Shown here one piece after another: positions 26,518 through 35,779 of a DNA stretch of 64,000 bases. The translations under genes and the position numbers were made by a program. The stretch comes from Pyrinomonadaceae bacterium (GTDB lineage: Bacteria; Acidobacteriota; Blastocatellia; Pyrinomonadales; Pyrinomonadaceae), in the NCBI GenBank assembly GCA_046313635.1, contig JBKBYA010000007.1, forward strand, positions 101,030 to 165,029, written 5' to 3'. Within the stretch, counting starts at the first letter, position 1. The number at the start of each line of letters is the position of its first letter. The notes beneath the pieces were generated by a model. It was not told the origin of the DNA. It saw only the letters and a program-made list of their open reading frames with translations, and did no database searches.

Positions 26518-26574
26518 TTGACAGTAGAGCCAAGCAAAGACTACGTTTAAAGGTTGGAACCTAGAATGGTTCCA
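26518..26574 (+). promoter_or_regulatory. sigma70-type promoter plus palindromic operator for the czc operon
   Basis: TTGACA-N18-TACGTT; TGGAACC-N6-GGTTCCA at 26555-26574. Confidence 0.5.
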
Positions 26575-26583
26575 GCCGAATTG

Positions 26584-26979
26584 ATGCAGGGCATACTGAA
26601 ACTGATTCGCAGGAAGATCGTCAGGAAACGCGTCGCCGTTCTCTGGCTCGGTCTCGTCGCGATCGAGCTTTTCTGCCCGGCATTGTGCGAGGTCGGCACG
26701 AACGCCGCACCGCCTGCGAACCAGTCGACTGCTTCCGTCACGATTACTGTTGACGAGCGCGACGAATCGAGAACGTCCATTTCGAATTGCGAGAACGAGA
26801 GCGACCACGAAGCTCCGGGCACGTGCAACGACGAGTGCCTCTGCCATGCCGTGGCAATCCCCAGCGTCGCCAGCGACGTCACATCGTCCTCGATCGAAAG
26901 AACCACCATTCCGTTGAAGAACGGTTTCTCGATTTTCAACTCACTTCCCCCTCCATACCTGCCTCCTAAATTTTCCTAA
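26584..26979 (+). CDS. CzcI/DUF2946-like Cys/His-rich leader protein
   Basis: Hydrophobic N-terminus, DHEAPGTCNDECLCHA, C-terminal PPPYLPPK; first gene before czcC. Confidence 0.7.
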   Translation: MQGILKLIRRKIVRKRVAVLWLGLVAIELFCPALCEVGTNAAPPANQSTASVTITVDERDESRTSISNCENESDHEAPGTCNDECLCHAVAIPSVASDVTSSSIERTTIPLKNGFSIFNSLPPPYLPPKFS

Positions 26980-27121
26980 TCGAACGATAAGGGGTTGATC
27001 CCGCGCTCCGGCGACGATTAATCGCGCCTTTGCGTCTTCGATCCTTCGATCACGCTCACCTCCGGCCGCACGTGCGCCCGCTGAGGGAGCAAGCATCAGC
27101 TTTCGATCAGGAAGATTACCA

Positions 27122-28531
27122 ATGAATTTACACATAAAGGCCCCCGTCGTTTGGGCCGGCCTTTGCTTGACGGTCTTTAGTCTTACGGCCGCGATCGGGC
27201 AGGAGCCGGCGCTGCTGGCCAGAAACGATTTATCGACGACGGACGCGAGAGCTTCGGTCGCGTCGGCGAAACCGCTCGTCGAATCGGTGCTCCCGAACTA
27301 CTACCACCCGCAGGACGGAACGTCCGTGTACGAACTGATCAAACGGGCGTTGGCCTCCAATCAGGAGATCATCGCATCGCGGCTCGAGATCGATAAGGCG
27401 CGAGCACGGCTTCAGCAGGCGAGACTCCGACCCAACCCGACACTCGAGTTCGAGCAGGAATCGGGTCGCCTCGTGGGTAACGGAGGGGACGGGCAATTCA
27501 CCGTCGGGTTCTCGCTGCCGATCGAGATCTACGGCCGGCGCTCAGCCCGCGTGAGCGCCGCCCAGATCGCCATCGAGGCGAGCGAGGCGGAGGTACGCAA
27601 CCGCGAACGGGTTCTGGTCGCCAATGTGCTTATCCACTACGCGGAAGCCCTGGCGGCGCTGCGTGAACTTGACGTGACTGAGAAGCTTCTCGATCTCGAC
27701 CTACAGACAACCCTCGTTGTCCAGATCAGAGTGAACGAAGGCGAGATCGCCCCATTGGAGCTGAATCTCTTGCAGGCAGAGGTGGAACGCCTCCGGTCCC
27801 GTCGCCAGTTGGCCGAGGGGCGGCTGCAATCCGCCCTCACCCAATTGAAGCTGCTGACCGATGTGCCGTTCGAAGACACGCTTCGTCTGCGGGAGCAAAT
27901 CGACGACGCCGTGCTACCGACCCTCCCGGCGACGAAGGAGGCGGCCGTGGACATCGGTTTGCGAACGCGGCCGGACGTCGCGCTCGCGCAGCTGGAGGAG
28001 CAGGTCGCGACCGCTGGGCTTCGTCTTGTCCGAGCCCAAAGCCGACCGGACTTGACCGCGTACACGCGCTACTCGCAGGGGCGCTCGACGTACGACGCCC
28101 CGATCGCGCCCTTCTCCCAGCGCGACCGGAACCTGACCTTCGGCGTCGCGATCGGTCTGCCGCTATTCAACAAAAATCAGGGAGCGAAAGCGGAAGCGGA
28201 GATCTCGATCCGGCAGGCTCAAGCGCGACGCGAGTTCGCTGAGCGGGCGGTGCGTGGTGAAATCCTCGCCGCTTACCAGCGATTCGAGGCGGCGAGTCGT
28301 GCGGTGTCAACACTGCAGACAAGCGCGATCCCGCGATCGACCCAGAACGTCGAGACGTTCCGCAGGGTCTACGAGATCGGCGAGATCAAGATAACGGAAT
28401 TGATCGCGGAGCAGCGGCGGTTGCTCGACGCGACGCGAGATTTGACCGAGGCGCTGACGCAGCGTTACCGCTCGCAGGCGGATTTGAGCATCGCGCTCGG
28501 GGCCGGGGCGTTCCTCCCCGAACCTAAATGA
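27122..28531 (+). CDS. czcC: TolC-family outer-membrane efflux protein
   Basis: RPNPTLE, LPLFNKNQG, YEIGEI motifs; CBA gene order. Confidence 0.9.
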   Translation: MNLHIKAPVVWAGLCLTVFSLTAAIGQEPALLARNDLSTTDARASVASAKPLVESVLPNYYHPQDGTSVYELIKRALASNQEIIASRLEIDKARARLQQARLRPNPTLEFEQESGRLVGNGGDGQFTVGFSLPIEIYGRRSARVSAAQIAIEASEAEVRNRERVLVANVLIHYAEALAALRELDVTEKLLDLDLQTTLVVQIRVNEGEIAPLELNLLQAEVERLRSRRQLAEGRLQSALTQLKLLTDVPFEDTLRLREQIDDAVLPTLPATKEAAVDIGLRTRPDVALAQLEEQVATAGLRLVRAQSRPDLTAYTRYSQGRSTYDAPIAPFSQRDRNLTFGVAIGLPLFNKNQGAKAEAEISIRQAQARREFAERAVRGEILAAYQRFEAASRAVSTLQTSAIPRSTQNVETFRRVYEIGEIKITELIAEQRRLLDATRDLTEALTQRYRSQADLSIALGAGAFLPEPK

Positions 28532-28532
28532 G

Positions 28533-30101
28533 GTGAGCCGGAACATGAATGACGAGACGAGAAAAGAGATGAACGAAAAGAGAGAGTCGGATACGACAAA
28601 GGAAAATATGAGCGAACGAACTGGCCACCACGAGCTGGATGAGGCGGAGCTTGCACAGTTGGAAGACGACTTCGATCGCGGCCGCGACGCGTCCGAGCTT
28701 CCCGCCGACGAGAACGCGAAACCGAAAAGCATGTTCGCCTGGATCCTGACCGCCGTGATCGTTGCGGTCGTCGTGATCGTTGGCCTGGCCTGGATCGCGA
28801 CGCGCGCCTCTTCAACTTCGGTGAAGGTTGAATCGGGCGAAGAAAAAAAGGAAGAGGGGCATTCGGAAGACGAGGAGGGTAAAGAGGTGAAGCTCGATCC
28901 CGAATCGATGGAGTCCGCGGGGATCGAAATCGAGGGGGTCACGCAACGCCCCGCCATCGCGAAGCTTTACGTGACCGGGGCGGTTGAACTGAATCCGGAG
29001 AGGACTGAGATGGCGACGCCGCTCGTCGGCGGACGGATCGAGCGCGTTTATGCGGCCGTCGGTGACTTCGTCCAGCGGGGTGCGGTGCTGGCGGTGATCT
29101 CAAGCCCACAACTCGCGCAGCTGCACGGCAAAATGCACGAGGCCCGTACGCGACTTGAATTGGCCGAGCGAAATTTCAGCCGTGTCCAACGTTCCGAAAA
29201 CCGCGTGGCCGTTCTGCAGTCGAAAGCGAGGCTTGATGAGGCGGAAGCGACACTAAGGAGAACCAAAAAGCTGATCGATCTCGGCGCCGGTGCGGGCAAG
29301 GACTTGGTTGCCGCGGAATCGAGTTACCGAACCGCGAAGGCGGATTACGATTTCCAGTCCAACATCTCGCTCAACAAGGAGATTCAGGAAGCACGGGCCG
29401 AAGTGGAAACATCGCGGGTCGATGTGCGGCACATTGAGGACGAGATGCGCTCACTTGGCGTTCCAGTGGTTAGTGGGGCGCCGGACGACCACCGCGAAGA
29501 TACCTCTTTGGTTTCGGTGCGGGCACCATTGTCGGGTGTGATTACCGAGCGCAAGTTCAACGCCGGCGCCGGAGTGGAAGCCGCCGTGCCCATCTTCTCG
29601 ATATCCAACCTTTCCACTGTCTACGTTATCGCCAATGTTCCGGAAGCGAACGTCGGTCGCCTGCGTGTCGGCTCGGTCGCCGAGATCCGGTCGGAAGCGG
29701 CCGGTTCTATCAACGGGCGTATCGGGTACATCGACCCACGCCTTGACGAAACGTCCCGCACGGCCAGAGTCCGCATCGAGGTGCCTAATGATGGCGGTAT
29801 GCTGAAGGCGGGAATGTTCACCCAGGTCGGCTTCTACACCGGCACCTCCGAGGGCGCGGGCGAAGAACTCTTTGTGCCTTCGGCGGCGATCCAACGCGAC
29901 GGCGACAAGACGCTCGTGTTTGTGCCCCGCGAGGGTGAACAAGGCGCCTTCGAAATACGCGAGGTTGAGATCGGTGGTGAGATCGACGGGTACACCGCGA
30001 TAAAGAGCGGCCTCAAACTCGGTGAAAAAGTGGTCACTAAAGGGAGCTTCGTGCTCAAGACCCAAATGCAAAAGGGTGAGCTGGGGGACGACGACCATTA
30101 A
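28533..30101 (+). CDS. czcB: RND periplasmic adaptor
   Basis: TM helix, VRAPLSGVI, IDPRLDETSRTARVRIEV, LKAGMF. Confidence 0.92.
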   Translation: MSRNMNDETRKEMNEKRESDTTKENMSERTGHHELDEAELAQLEDDFDRGRDASELPADENAKPKSMFAWILTAVIVAVVVIVGLAWIATRASSTSVKVESGEEKKEEGHSEDEEGKEVKLDPESMESAGIEIEGVTQRPAIAKLYVTGAVELNPERTEMATPLVGGRIERVYAAVGDFVQRGAVLAVISSPQLAQLHGKMHEARTRLELAERNFSRVQRSENRVAVLQSKARLDEAEATLRRTKKLIDLGAGAGKDLVAAESSYRTAKADYDFQSNISLNKEIQEARAEVETSRVDVRHIEDEMRSLGVPVVSGAPDDHREDTSLVSVRAPLSGVITERKFNAGAGVEAAVPIFSISNLSTVYVIANVPEANVGRLRVGSVAEIRSEAAGSINGRIGYIDPRLDETSRTARVRIEVPNDGGMLKAGMFTQVGFYTGTSEGAGEELFVPSAAIQRDGDKTLVFVPREGEQGAFEIREVEIGGEIDGYTAIKSGLKLGEKVVTKGSFVLKTQMQKGELGDDDH

Positions 30102-30163
30102 CGCGAAACGAGTCGATCTTAGTTCCGCCCCGCGGAAAACCGGCAGCCGGGTAGCAAAGCAAT

Positions 30164-33100
30164 ATGATCAACGCAATAATCAGATTCTCCGTTTCTAACA
30201 GATTGATCGTTCTCCTTCTCGTCGCGGTAATGGGGGCGGCCGGTGTTTACAGTCTGATCAACCTGCCAATCGACGCGGTCCCCGACGTAACCAACGTTCA
30301 GGTGCAGGTGTTAACCTCCGCGCCGTCGCTCGCACCGTTGGAAATCGAGAGGCAGATCACATTCCCAGTGGAGGTCGCGATGTCGGGCCTGCCGAACATC
30401 GAAGAGATCCGCTCGGTGTCGAAGTTCGGGCTGTCCGCGGTTACTGTAGTCTTCACCGAAGACACCGACACGTATTTCGCTCGGCAGTTGGTGCTGGAGC
30501 GACTCGCTCAAGCGCGCGAGCAGATCCCCGAAAACATCGGTTCGCCGGAGATGGGGCCGATTTCCACCGGTCTCGGCGAGATCTATCAGTACGAGCTGCG
30601 TGCCAAAGACGGCAGCAACTACGACGCGACAGCACTGCGGACGATCCAGGACTGGAACGTTCGGCGGCAGCTCTTGGGCGTTCCCGGCGCTACCGAGATC
30701 AACAGTTTCGGCGGTTATGAAAAGCAGTACCAGGTGCGGATCGATCCCGACAAGCTGCAGTCTTACAACCTAAGTCTCCGGGACGTGTACGAAGCCGTTG
30801 CGGCTAACAACGCCAATGTCGGCGGGGCGTATATCGAGAAGGGTTCGGAACAATACCTACTTCGCGGTCTGGGGTTGATCGAGAATCCAGAGGACGTGGC
30901 GAATATAGTGGTGAAAACCGCCGCCGAAGGCGTGCCGGTCTATATCCGTGATATAGCCGAAGTAGTGGAGGGAGCTACGGTCCGGCAAGGTGCCGTCACC
31001 GCGGATGGTGAGGGAGAGATAGTCGCTGGGATAGTCATGATGCTCAAGGGCGAGAACTCCCGCACGGTCGTGCAGGCGGTCAAAGAGCGCGTTGAAGTGG
31101 TCAGAAAATCGCTTCCGGAAGGGGTAGAACTTATACCTTTTTACGATCGGACGGAGCTGATCGACCGCGCAATTTACACGGTCGAGAAAAATCTGATAGA
31201 GGGGGCGATTCTTGTTATCGTCGTGCTGCTTTTGCTCCTCGGAAACTGGCGGGGGGCTCTTCTCGTCGCGACCATCATCCCGCTGTCAATGCTCTTCGCG
31301 GCGATCCTGATGAGAGTCTTCAACGTTTCGGGGAATCTGATGAGTCTCGGGGCGTTGGATTTTGGGCTCATCGTGGACGGGGCCGTGGTTATGGTGGAGA
31401 ATGCGGTCCGCCGCCGCGCCGAGGCCCAACACAAAAACTTACGGGAGCCCCCGGAACGAACGATTCTGGAATCATGCCTCGAGGTGGCACGACCGGTCGT
31501 GTTCGCCGTGGCGATCATCGCGATCGTCTACCTTCCGATTCTTAGCCTTCGCGGGATCGAGGGCAAGATGTTCGTTCCGATGGCCTTAACAGTCGTCTTC
31601 GCTCTCGCCGGATCGCTCCTGCTGTCCCTGACCTACGTGCCAGCGATGCTCACGTTCATTCTGAAAGGGAAGGTGTCGGAAAAAGAGAGCTTCATAATCC
31701 GATGGGCGAAGAGCGTTTATCACCCCGCTCTCGCTTTCGTTATGACTTACCGTTCCCAGGCTCTGGCGATCGCCGCCGCGCTCGTTCTTATAAGCGCTGC
31801 ATCATTTCCGTTCCTGGGCTCCGAATTCATCCCCCGTCTAGACGAAGGGGACCTGGCCGTCCAGATCGGGCGGCTGCCGAGCGTCTCGCTGCGGGAATCT
31901 GTAGCGATCGCGACCAAAGCAGAAGTAGTTTTGAAATCGTTCCCTGAGGTCCGAACCGTCATCTCCAAGACGGGCCGCGCGGAGGTCGCCACGGACCCGA
32001 TGGGGGTCGAAATCAGCGACGTGTTCGTCGCCCTCAAGCCCCGGGACGAATGGACCACGACGCACAGCCGCGAGGAGTTGATCGAGAAGATGTCGGAGAA
32101 GCTCGAACACGAGGTTCCCGGCGGCGTATTCAGCTTTTCCCAGCCGATCGAGTTGCGCGTCGCGGAACTGATCTCCGGGGTGCGGTCGGACGTCGCGATC
32201 AAGCTGTACGGAGACGACCTCGACGTACTGCGCGAAACCGGCGAAAAGATCGCCAAATCCGTGGGCGGCGTGAACGGGGCCGAGGACGTGAAACTCGAAG
32301 CCACCAGCGGGCTGCCGCAACTTCAAATCAAGCCCGACCGTGCAGCGATCGCTCGATACGGGTTGAACGTTGAGGACGTGAACGACCTGGTGGAATCCGT
32401 CGTCGCGGGCAAGGAGGCAGGGCAGGTGTTCGAGGGCGAACAGCGGTTCGATCTCGTGGTTCGTTTGAACGAAGAGTCCGGCCGGGACATCGATACGATC
32501 AAGAATCTTTTGCTCTCGTCCACGAACGGCGCACGGGTACCGCTGTCGCAGGTAGCCGAGGTGAAGCTCATCGAAGGGCCGGCTCAGATCTCGCGCGAGG
32601 ACACGCGCCGGCGCATCGGCGTCGAACTGAACGTTCGAGGCCGCGATATCGGGTCCTTCGTCGAGGAGGCTCAGGCGAAGATCGAAAACGAGGTGCAGCT
32701 ACCGCCGGGCTATTACCTGAAATGGGGAGGCACGTTCGAGAACCTGCAGCGGGCCTCACAAAGACTCCTGATAGTCGTGCCGATAGCGTTGTTCCTGATC
32801 TTCGTACTCTTGTACACGACATTCAACTCGATCAAGCAGGCGCTGCTGATCTACACGGGGATCCCGTTCGCGATCGTGGGCGGGATCGTGGCCTTAGCGC
32901 TGCGGGGGATGCCGTTTTCGATCTCTGCGGGGGTCGGGTTCATCGCACTGTTCGGCGTCGCGGTTCTCAACGGCGTCGTGATGGTCAGTTTCATCAACCA
33001 TCTGCGCGAAGAGGGCAAATCGGTCCTAGACGCCGTCAGGGAAGGAGCAATGACGCGCCTTCGCCCGGTCCTGATGACCGCGCTTGTGGCGAGCCTAGGC

Positions 33101-33268
33101 TTCGTCCCGATGGCGATCGCGACGAGTGCCGGGGCAGAGGTGCAGCGGCCTCTGGCGACGGTAGTGATTGGCGGTTTAATCACGTCCACGTTGCTGACCC
33201 TGCTGATCTTGCCAACGCTTTACGCCTGGTTCGAGAAGGATGCGGAAGGCGAATTTACGGAGGATTAA
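30164..33268 (+). CDS. czcA: Heavy-metal RND pump (CzcA/CusA family)
   Basis: LPIDAVPDVTNVQV, DFGLIVDGAVVMVEN, RLRPVLMTA. Confidence 0.96.
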   Translation: MINAIIRFSVSNRLIVLLLVAVMGAAGVYSLINLPIDAVPDVTNVQVQVLTSAPSLAPLEIERQITFPVEVAMSGLPNIEEIRSVSKFGLSAVTVVFTEDTDTYFARQLVLERLAQAREQIPENIGSPEMGPISTGLGEIYQYELRAKDGSNYDATALRTIQDWNVRRQLLGVPGATEINSFGGYEKQYQVRIDPDKLQSYNLSLRDVYEAVAANNANVGGAYIEKGSEQYLLRGLGLIENPEDVANIVVKTAAEGVPVYIRDIAEVVEGATVRQGAVTADGEGEIVAGIVMMLKGENSRTVVQAVKERVEVVRKSLPEGVELIPFYDRTELIDRAIYTVEKNLIEGAILVIVVLLLLLGNWRGALLVATIIPLSMLFAAILMRVFNVSGNLMSLGALDFGLIVDGAVVMVENAVRRRAEAQHKNLREPPERTILESCLEVARPVVFAVAIIAIVYLPILSLRGIEGKMFVPMALTVVFALAGSLLLSLTYVPAMLTFILKGKVSEKESFIIRWAKSVYHPALAFVMTYRSQALAIAAALVLISAASFPFLGSEFIPRLDEGDLAVQIGRLPSVSLRESVAIATKAEVVLKSFPEVRTVISKTGRAEVATDPMGVEISDVFVALKPRDEWTTTHSREELIEKMSEKLEHEVPGGVFSFSQPIELRVAELISGVRSDVAIKLYGDDLDVLRETGEKIAKSVGGVNGAEDVKLEATSGLPQLQIKPDRAAIARYGLNVEDVNDLVESVVAGKEAGQVFEGEQRFDLVVRLNEESGRDIDTIKNLLLSSTNGARVPLSQVAEVKLIEGPAQISREDTRRRIGVELNVRGRDIGSFVEEAQAKIENEVQLPPGYYLKWGGTFENLQRASQRLLIVVPIALFLIFVLLYTTFNSIKQALLIYTGIPFAIVGGIVALALRGMPFSISAGVGFIALFGVAVLNGVVMVSFINHLREEGKSVLDAVREGAMTRLRPVLMTALVASLGFVPMAIATSAGAEVQRPLATVVIGGLITSTLLTLLILPTLYAWFEKDAEGEFTED

Positions 33269-33271
33269 AGT

Positions 33272-33571
33272 ATGAAACTGATCGTAGCGATCGTGCGGCC
33301 ATTCAAACTGGACGAGCTCGTGACCGCGTTCGAAGAGATAGAAGGCTTCCCGGGCTTGACCGTCGTTGATAGTGAAGGATTCGGTCAGCGGCTTCGCAAC
33401 ACTGCAACCGACGCCGTCGACCCCTTCAAACCGAACAAGCGGATCGAAATCGCAGCAAACGACGAGATGGCCGAAGCTATAGTAGCGACAATCCGACAAA
33501 CTGCTCACACCGGCAAAAAGGGTGACGGGATCATTGTTGTTGTGCCGGTCGAAAGCGGTTTCATCATTTGA
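33272..33571 (+). CDS. PII-family protein
   Basis: MKLIVAIVRPFKL, GFG, AHTGKKGDGII; short T-loop. Confidence 0.88.
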   Translation: MKLIVAIVRPFKLDELVTAFEEIEGFPGLTVVDSEGFGQRLRNTATDAVDPFKPNKRIEIAANDEMAEAIVATIRQTAHTGKKGDGIIVVVPVESGFII

Positions 33572-33600
33572 GATAGGTTTCTGATCCTTGAGGGCACGCT

Positions 33601-35679
33601 GTGGAGAAAGAGGTCAGTCTGTACCATCAACTCGTAGAGCATCCGATCCTTGTGTTACTGGTGGGATCTGTACTCGTGATGGTGCTCCTCTCATTATTCG
33701 CCATGTGGCTGGATCGCGGCAGCAGGCATAAGGAGGAAGAATCGTCGAATATGAGCGAATCGACAACAACCACCGACGTAGCGAAGTCCGGTCTCTGGCA
33801 GGACCGAAAGTTTCAGTGGCTCATAGCGAGCGTGGCCCTCGTCGCCGTCTTCGAGTTTTTGTCGTTGATGGGGGATGACTACAAGCTGCGGCGCGATATC
33901 GCCTTCCCGTTTTTCGCGGCGCTGATCCTGGCGGTCGGTTGGCGGACGCTGTGGAGCGGGCTCAAGGCCCTCTCGAAGCTGAATTTTCGCAGCATCAATC
34001 TCCTGATGACGATCGCCGTAGTCGGCGCGTTCTACCTGGGCGAATACGAGGAAGCCGCGGTGGTGGTGGTGCTGTTCGCTCTGGGCGAAAGGCTGGAAAG
34101 TTTCGGCATCCAGTCGAGCAAATCGGCATTGCAGGCACTGGTCGACCGCACGCCGAAAACCGCCCGCGTGCGGCGGGAGGGCGGTGAATCGGAGATGCCG
34201 ATCGAGGAGATTAGCGTCGGCGACACGTTGATCCTGAAGCCCTCCGACATGATCGCGCTCGACGCGGAAGTGATATCCGGCGCATCGAGCGTCGACGAGT
34301 CGGCCATTACCGGCGAGCCGCTGCCGAAGGACAAGCACACCGGCGACCGCGTTTTCGCGGGGACGCTGAACATGCAGGGGTACCTCGAAGCGAAAGTGTT
34401 GAAAACCGCGAAGGACACGACGCTCGCCAAGATCATCGAAACGACCTTCGCCGCGACGAAAACGAAGGCGGATACGCAGAAGTTCATCGAGACCTTCGCC
34501 GGGTACTACACGCCGTCGATCATCGCCATCGCGACGCTGCTCGTCATCATACCGACGGTTTTTCTGGGCCAGCCGTTAGACCCCTGGTTCGAGCAGGCGA
34601 TCACGATCCTCGTCATCGCTTGCCCGTGCTCGCTCGTGATCTCGACGCCGATCTCCATTTACGCCGCGATCGGCAACGCCTCAGCGAAGGGAGCCCTAGT
34701 CAAAGGCGGCAAGTACATTGAGGCGATCGGGCGAATCAAGGCGGTCGCGATGGACAAGACTCGCACGCTCACTTATGGGAAGCCGAAGGTCACGGATGTG
34801 TTGCCGTTCGGCGAGTCGACGCGCCAGCACTTACTCGCGTGCGCGGCCGGGATCGAGAGTTATTCGGAACATCCGCTGGCGGCCGCCGTCGTCGCGGCAG
34901 CGAACGAGGAGAAGATCAACATCCACACCGTCGAGAATTTCCAGGCCGTGATGGGCAAGGGGGCGAAGGCGGATTGCATCGTCTGCTACGACAAGCACCA
35001 CTGCATCGGGAAACTGCCTTTCATAACGGAAGAACACGAGGTTCAGGAGGAGGTCGTCCGCCGCGTCGAGGCGTTGCAGAAGGAGGGCAAAACCTCGATC
35101 GTGGTGAGCAGTCAGTACGGAGTGGAGGGTGTGATCGCACTGACCGACGAGATCAAAACGGAAAGCCGCGCATCCGTCGCCGAATTGCAGGAACTGGGCA
35201 TCGAGGTCGTGATGATGACCGGGGACAACCGCGCTCCCGCCGAAGCGGTCGCCAAAGAGGTCGGCATCCGCGAGGTGAAGGCGGAAATGCTTCCCGAGGA
35301 CAAAGCAGAGGGCATCAAGGAACTGCTCGCCAAATATGGCCCCACCGCGATGGTCGGCGACGGCGTCAACGACGCCCCGGCCCTCGCCCTCTCCAGCGTC
35401 GGTGTGGCGATGGGCGCAGCCGGCTCCGACACCGCTATCGAAGCGGCCTCGATCGCGATCCTGAACGACCGCCTCGAGCTGATCCCTTACCTCGTAAGGC
35501 TTGGCAGGCGGGCGGTCTCGACGATCCGAATCAACACGGTCGCCGCCATCGCCACGAAGCTCGTGTTCGTCGTCCTCGCGATCCTCGGATTAAGCAGCCT
35601 CGCCCTCGCGATCTTCGCGGACGTCGGAGTCACCGTGCTCGTGATTTTGAACAGCCTACGGCTGCTCAGCTACAAATAG
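33601..35679 (+). CDS. P1B-type heavy-metal ATPase (Zn/Cd-like); start may be ATG 33751
   Basis: TGEP, CPC, DKTRT, SEHPLA, GDGVNDAP. Confidence 0.93.
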   Translation: MEKEVSLYHQLVEHPILVLLVGSVLVMVLLSLFAMWLDRGSRHKEEESSNMSESTTTTDVAKSGLWQDRKFQWLIASVALVAVFEFLSLMGDDYKLRRDIAFPFFAALILAVGWRTLWSGLKALSKLNFRSINLLMTIAVVGAFYLGEYEEAAVVVVLFALGERLESFGIQSSKSALQALVDRTPKTARVRREGGESEMPIEEISVGDTLILKPSDMIALDAEVISGASSVDESAITGEPLPKDKHTGDRVFAGTLNMQGYLEAKVLKTAKDTTLAKIIETTFAATKTKADTQKFIETFAGYYTPSIIAIATLLVIIPTVFLGQPLDPWFEQAITILVIACPCSLVISTPISIYAAIGNASAKGALVKGGKYIEAIGRIKAVAMDKTRTLTYGKPKVTDVLPFGESTRQHLLACAAGIESYSEHPLAAAVVAAANEEKINIHTVENFQAVMGKGAKADCIVCYDKHHCIGKLPFITEEHEVQEEVVRRVEALQKEGKTSIVVSSQYGVEGVIALTDEIKTESRASVAELQELGIEVVMMTGDNRAPAEAVAKEVGIREVKAEMLPEDKAEGIKELLAKYGPTAMVGDGVNDAPALALSSVGVAMGAAGSDTAIEAASIAILNDRLELIPYLVRLGRRAVSTIRINTVAAIATKLVFVVLAILGLSSLALAIFADVGVTVLVILNSLRLLSYK

Positions 35680-35706
35680 TCAAAAGTTTGAATCAGAACC
35701 GCGCCG

Positions 35707-35762
35707 TTGACGGCAGGAAATTTCTGCGTTATTTTGAAATATCGTATGAACGTCTGTTCATA
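35707..35762 (+). promoter_or_regulatory. sigma70 promoter with an SmtB/CzrA-type operator upstream of feoB
   Basis: TTGACG-N17-TATTTT; TATGAAC-GTCT-GTTCATA at 35745-35762. Confidence 0.75.
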
Positions 35763-35779
35763 TATGCAAATGCTAGGCT

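Noticed and set aside
25940..26537. Functional transposase
   Set aside because: Fragmented by stops, missing its N-terminus, and with conserved residues substituted
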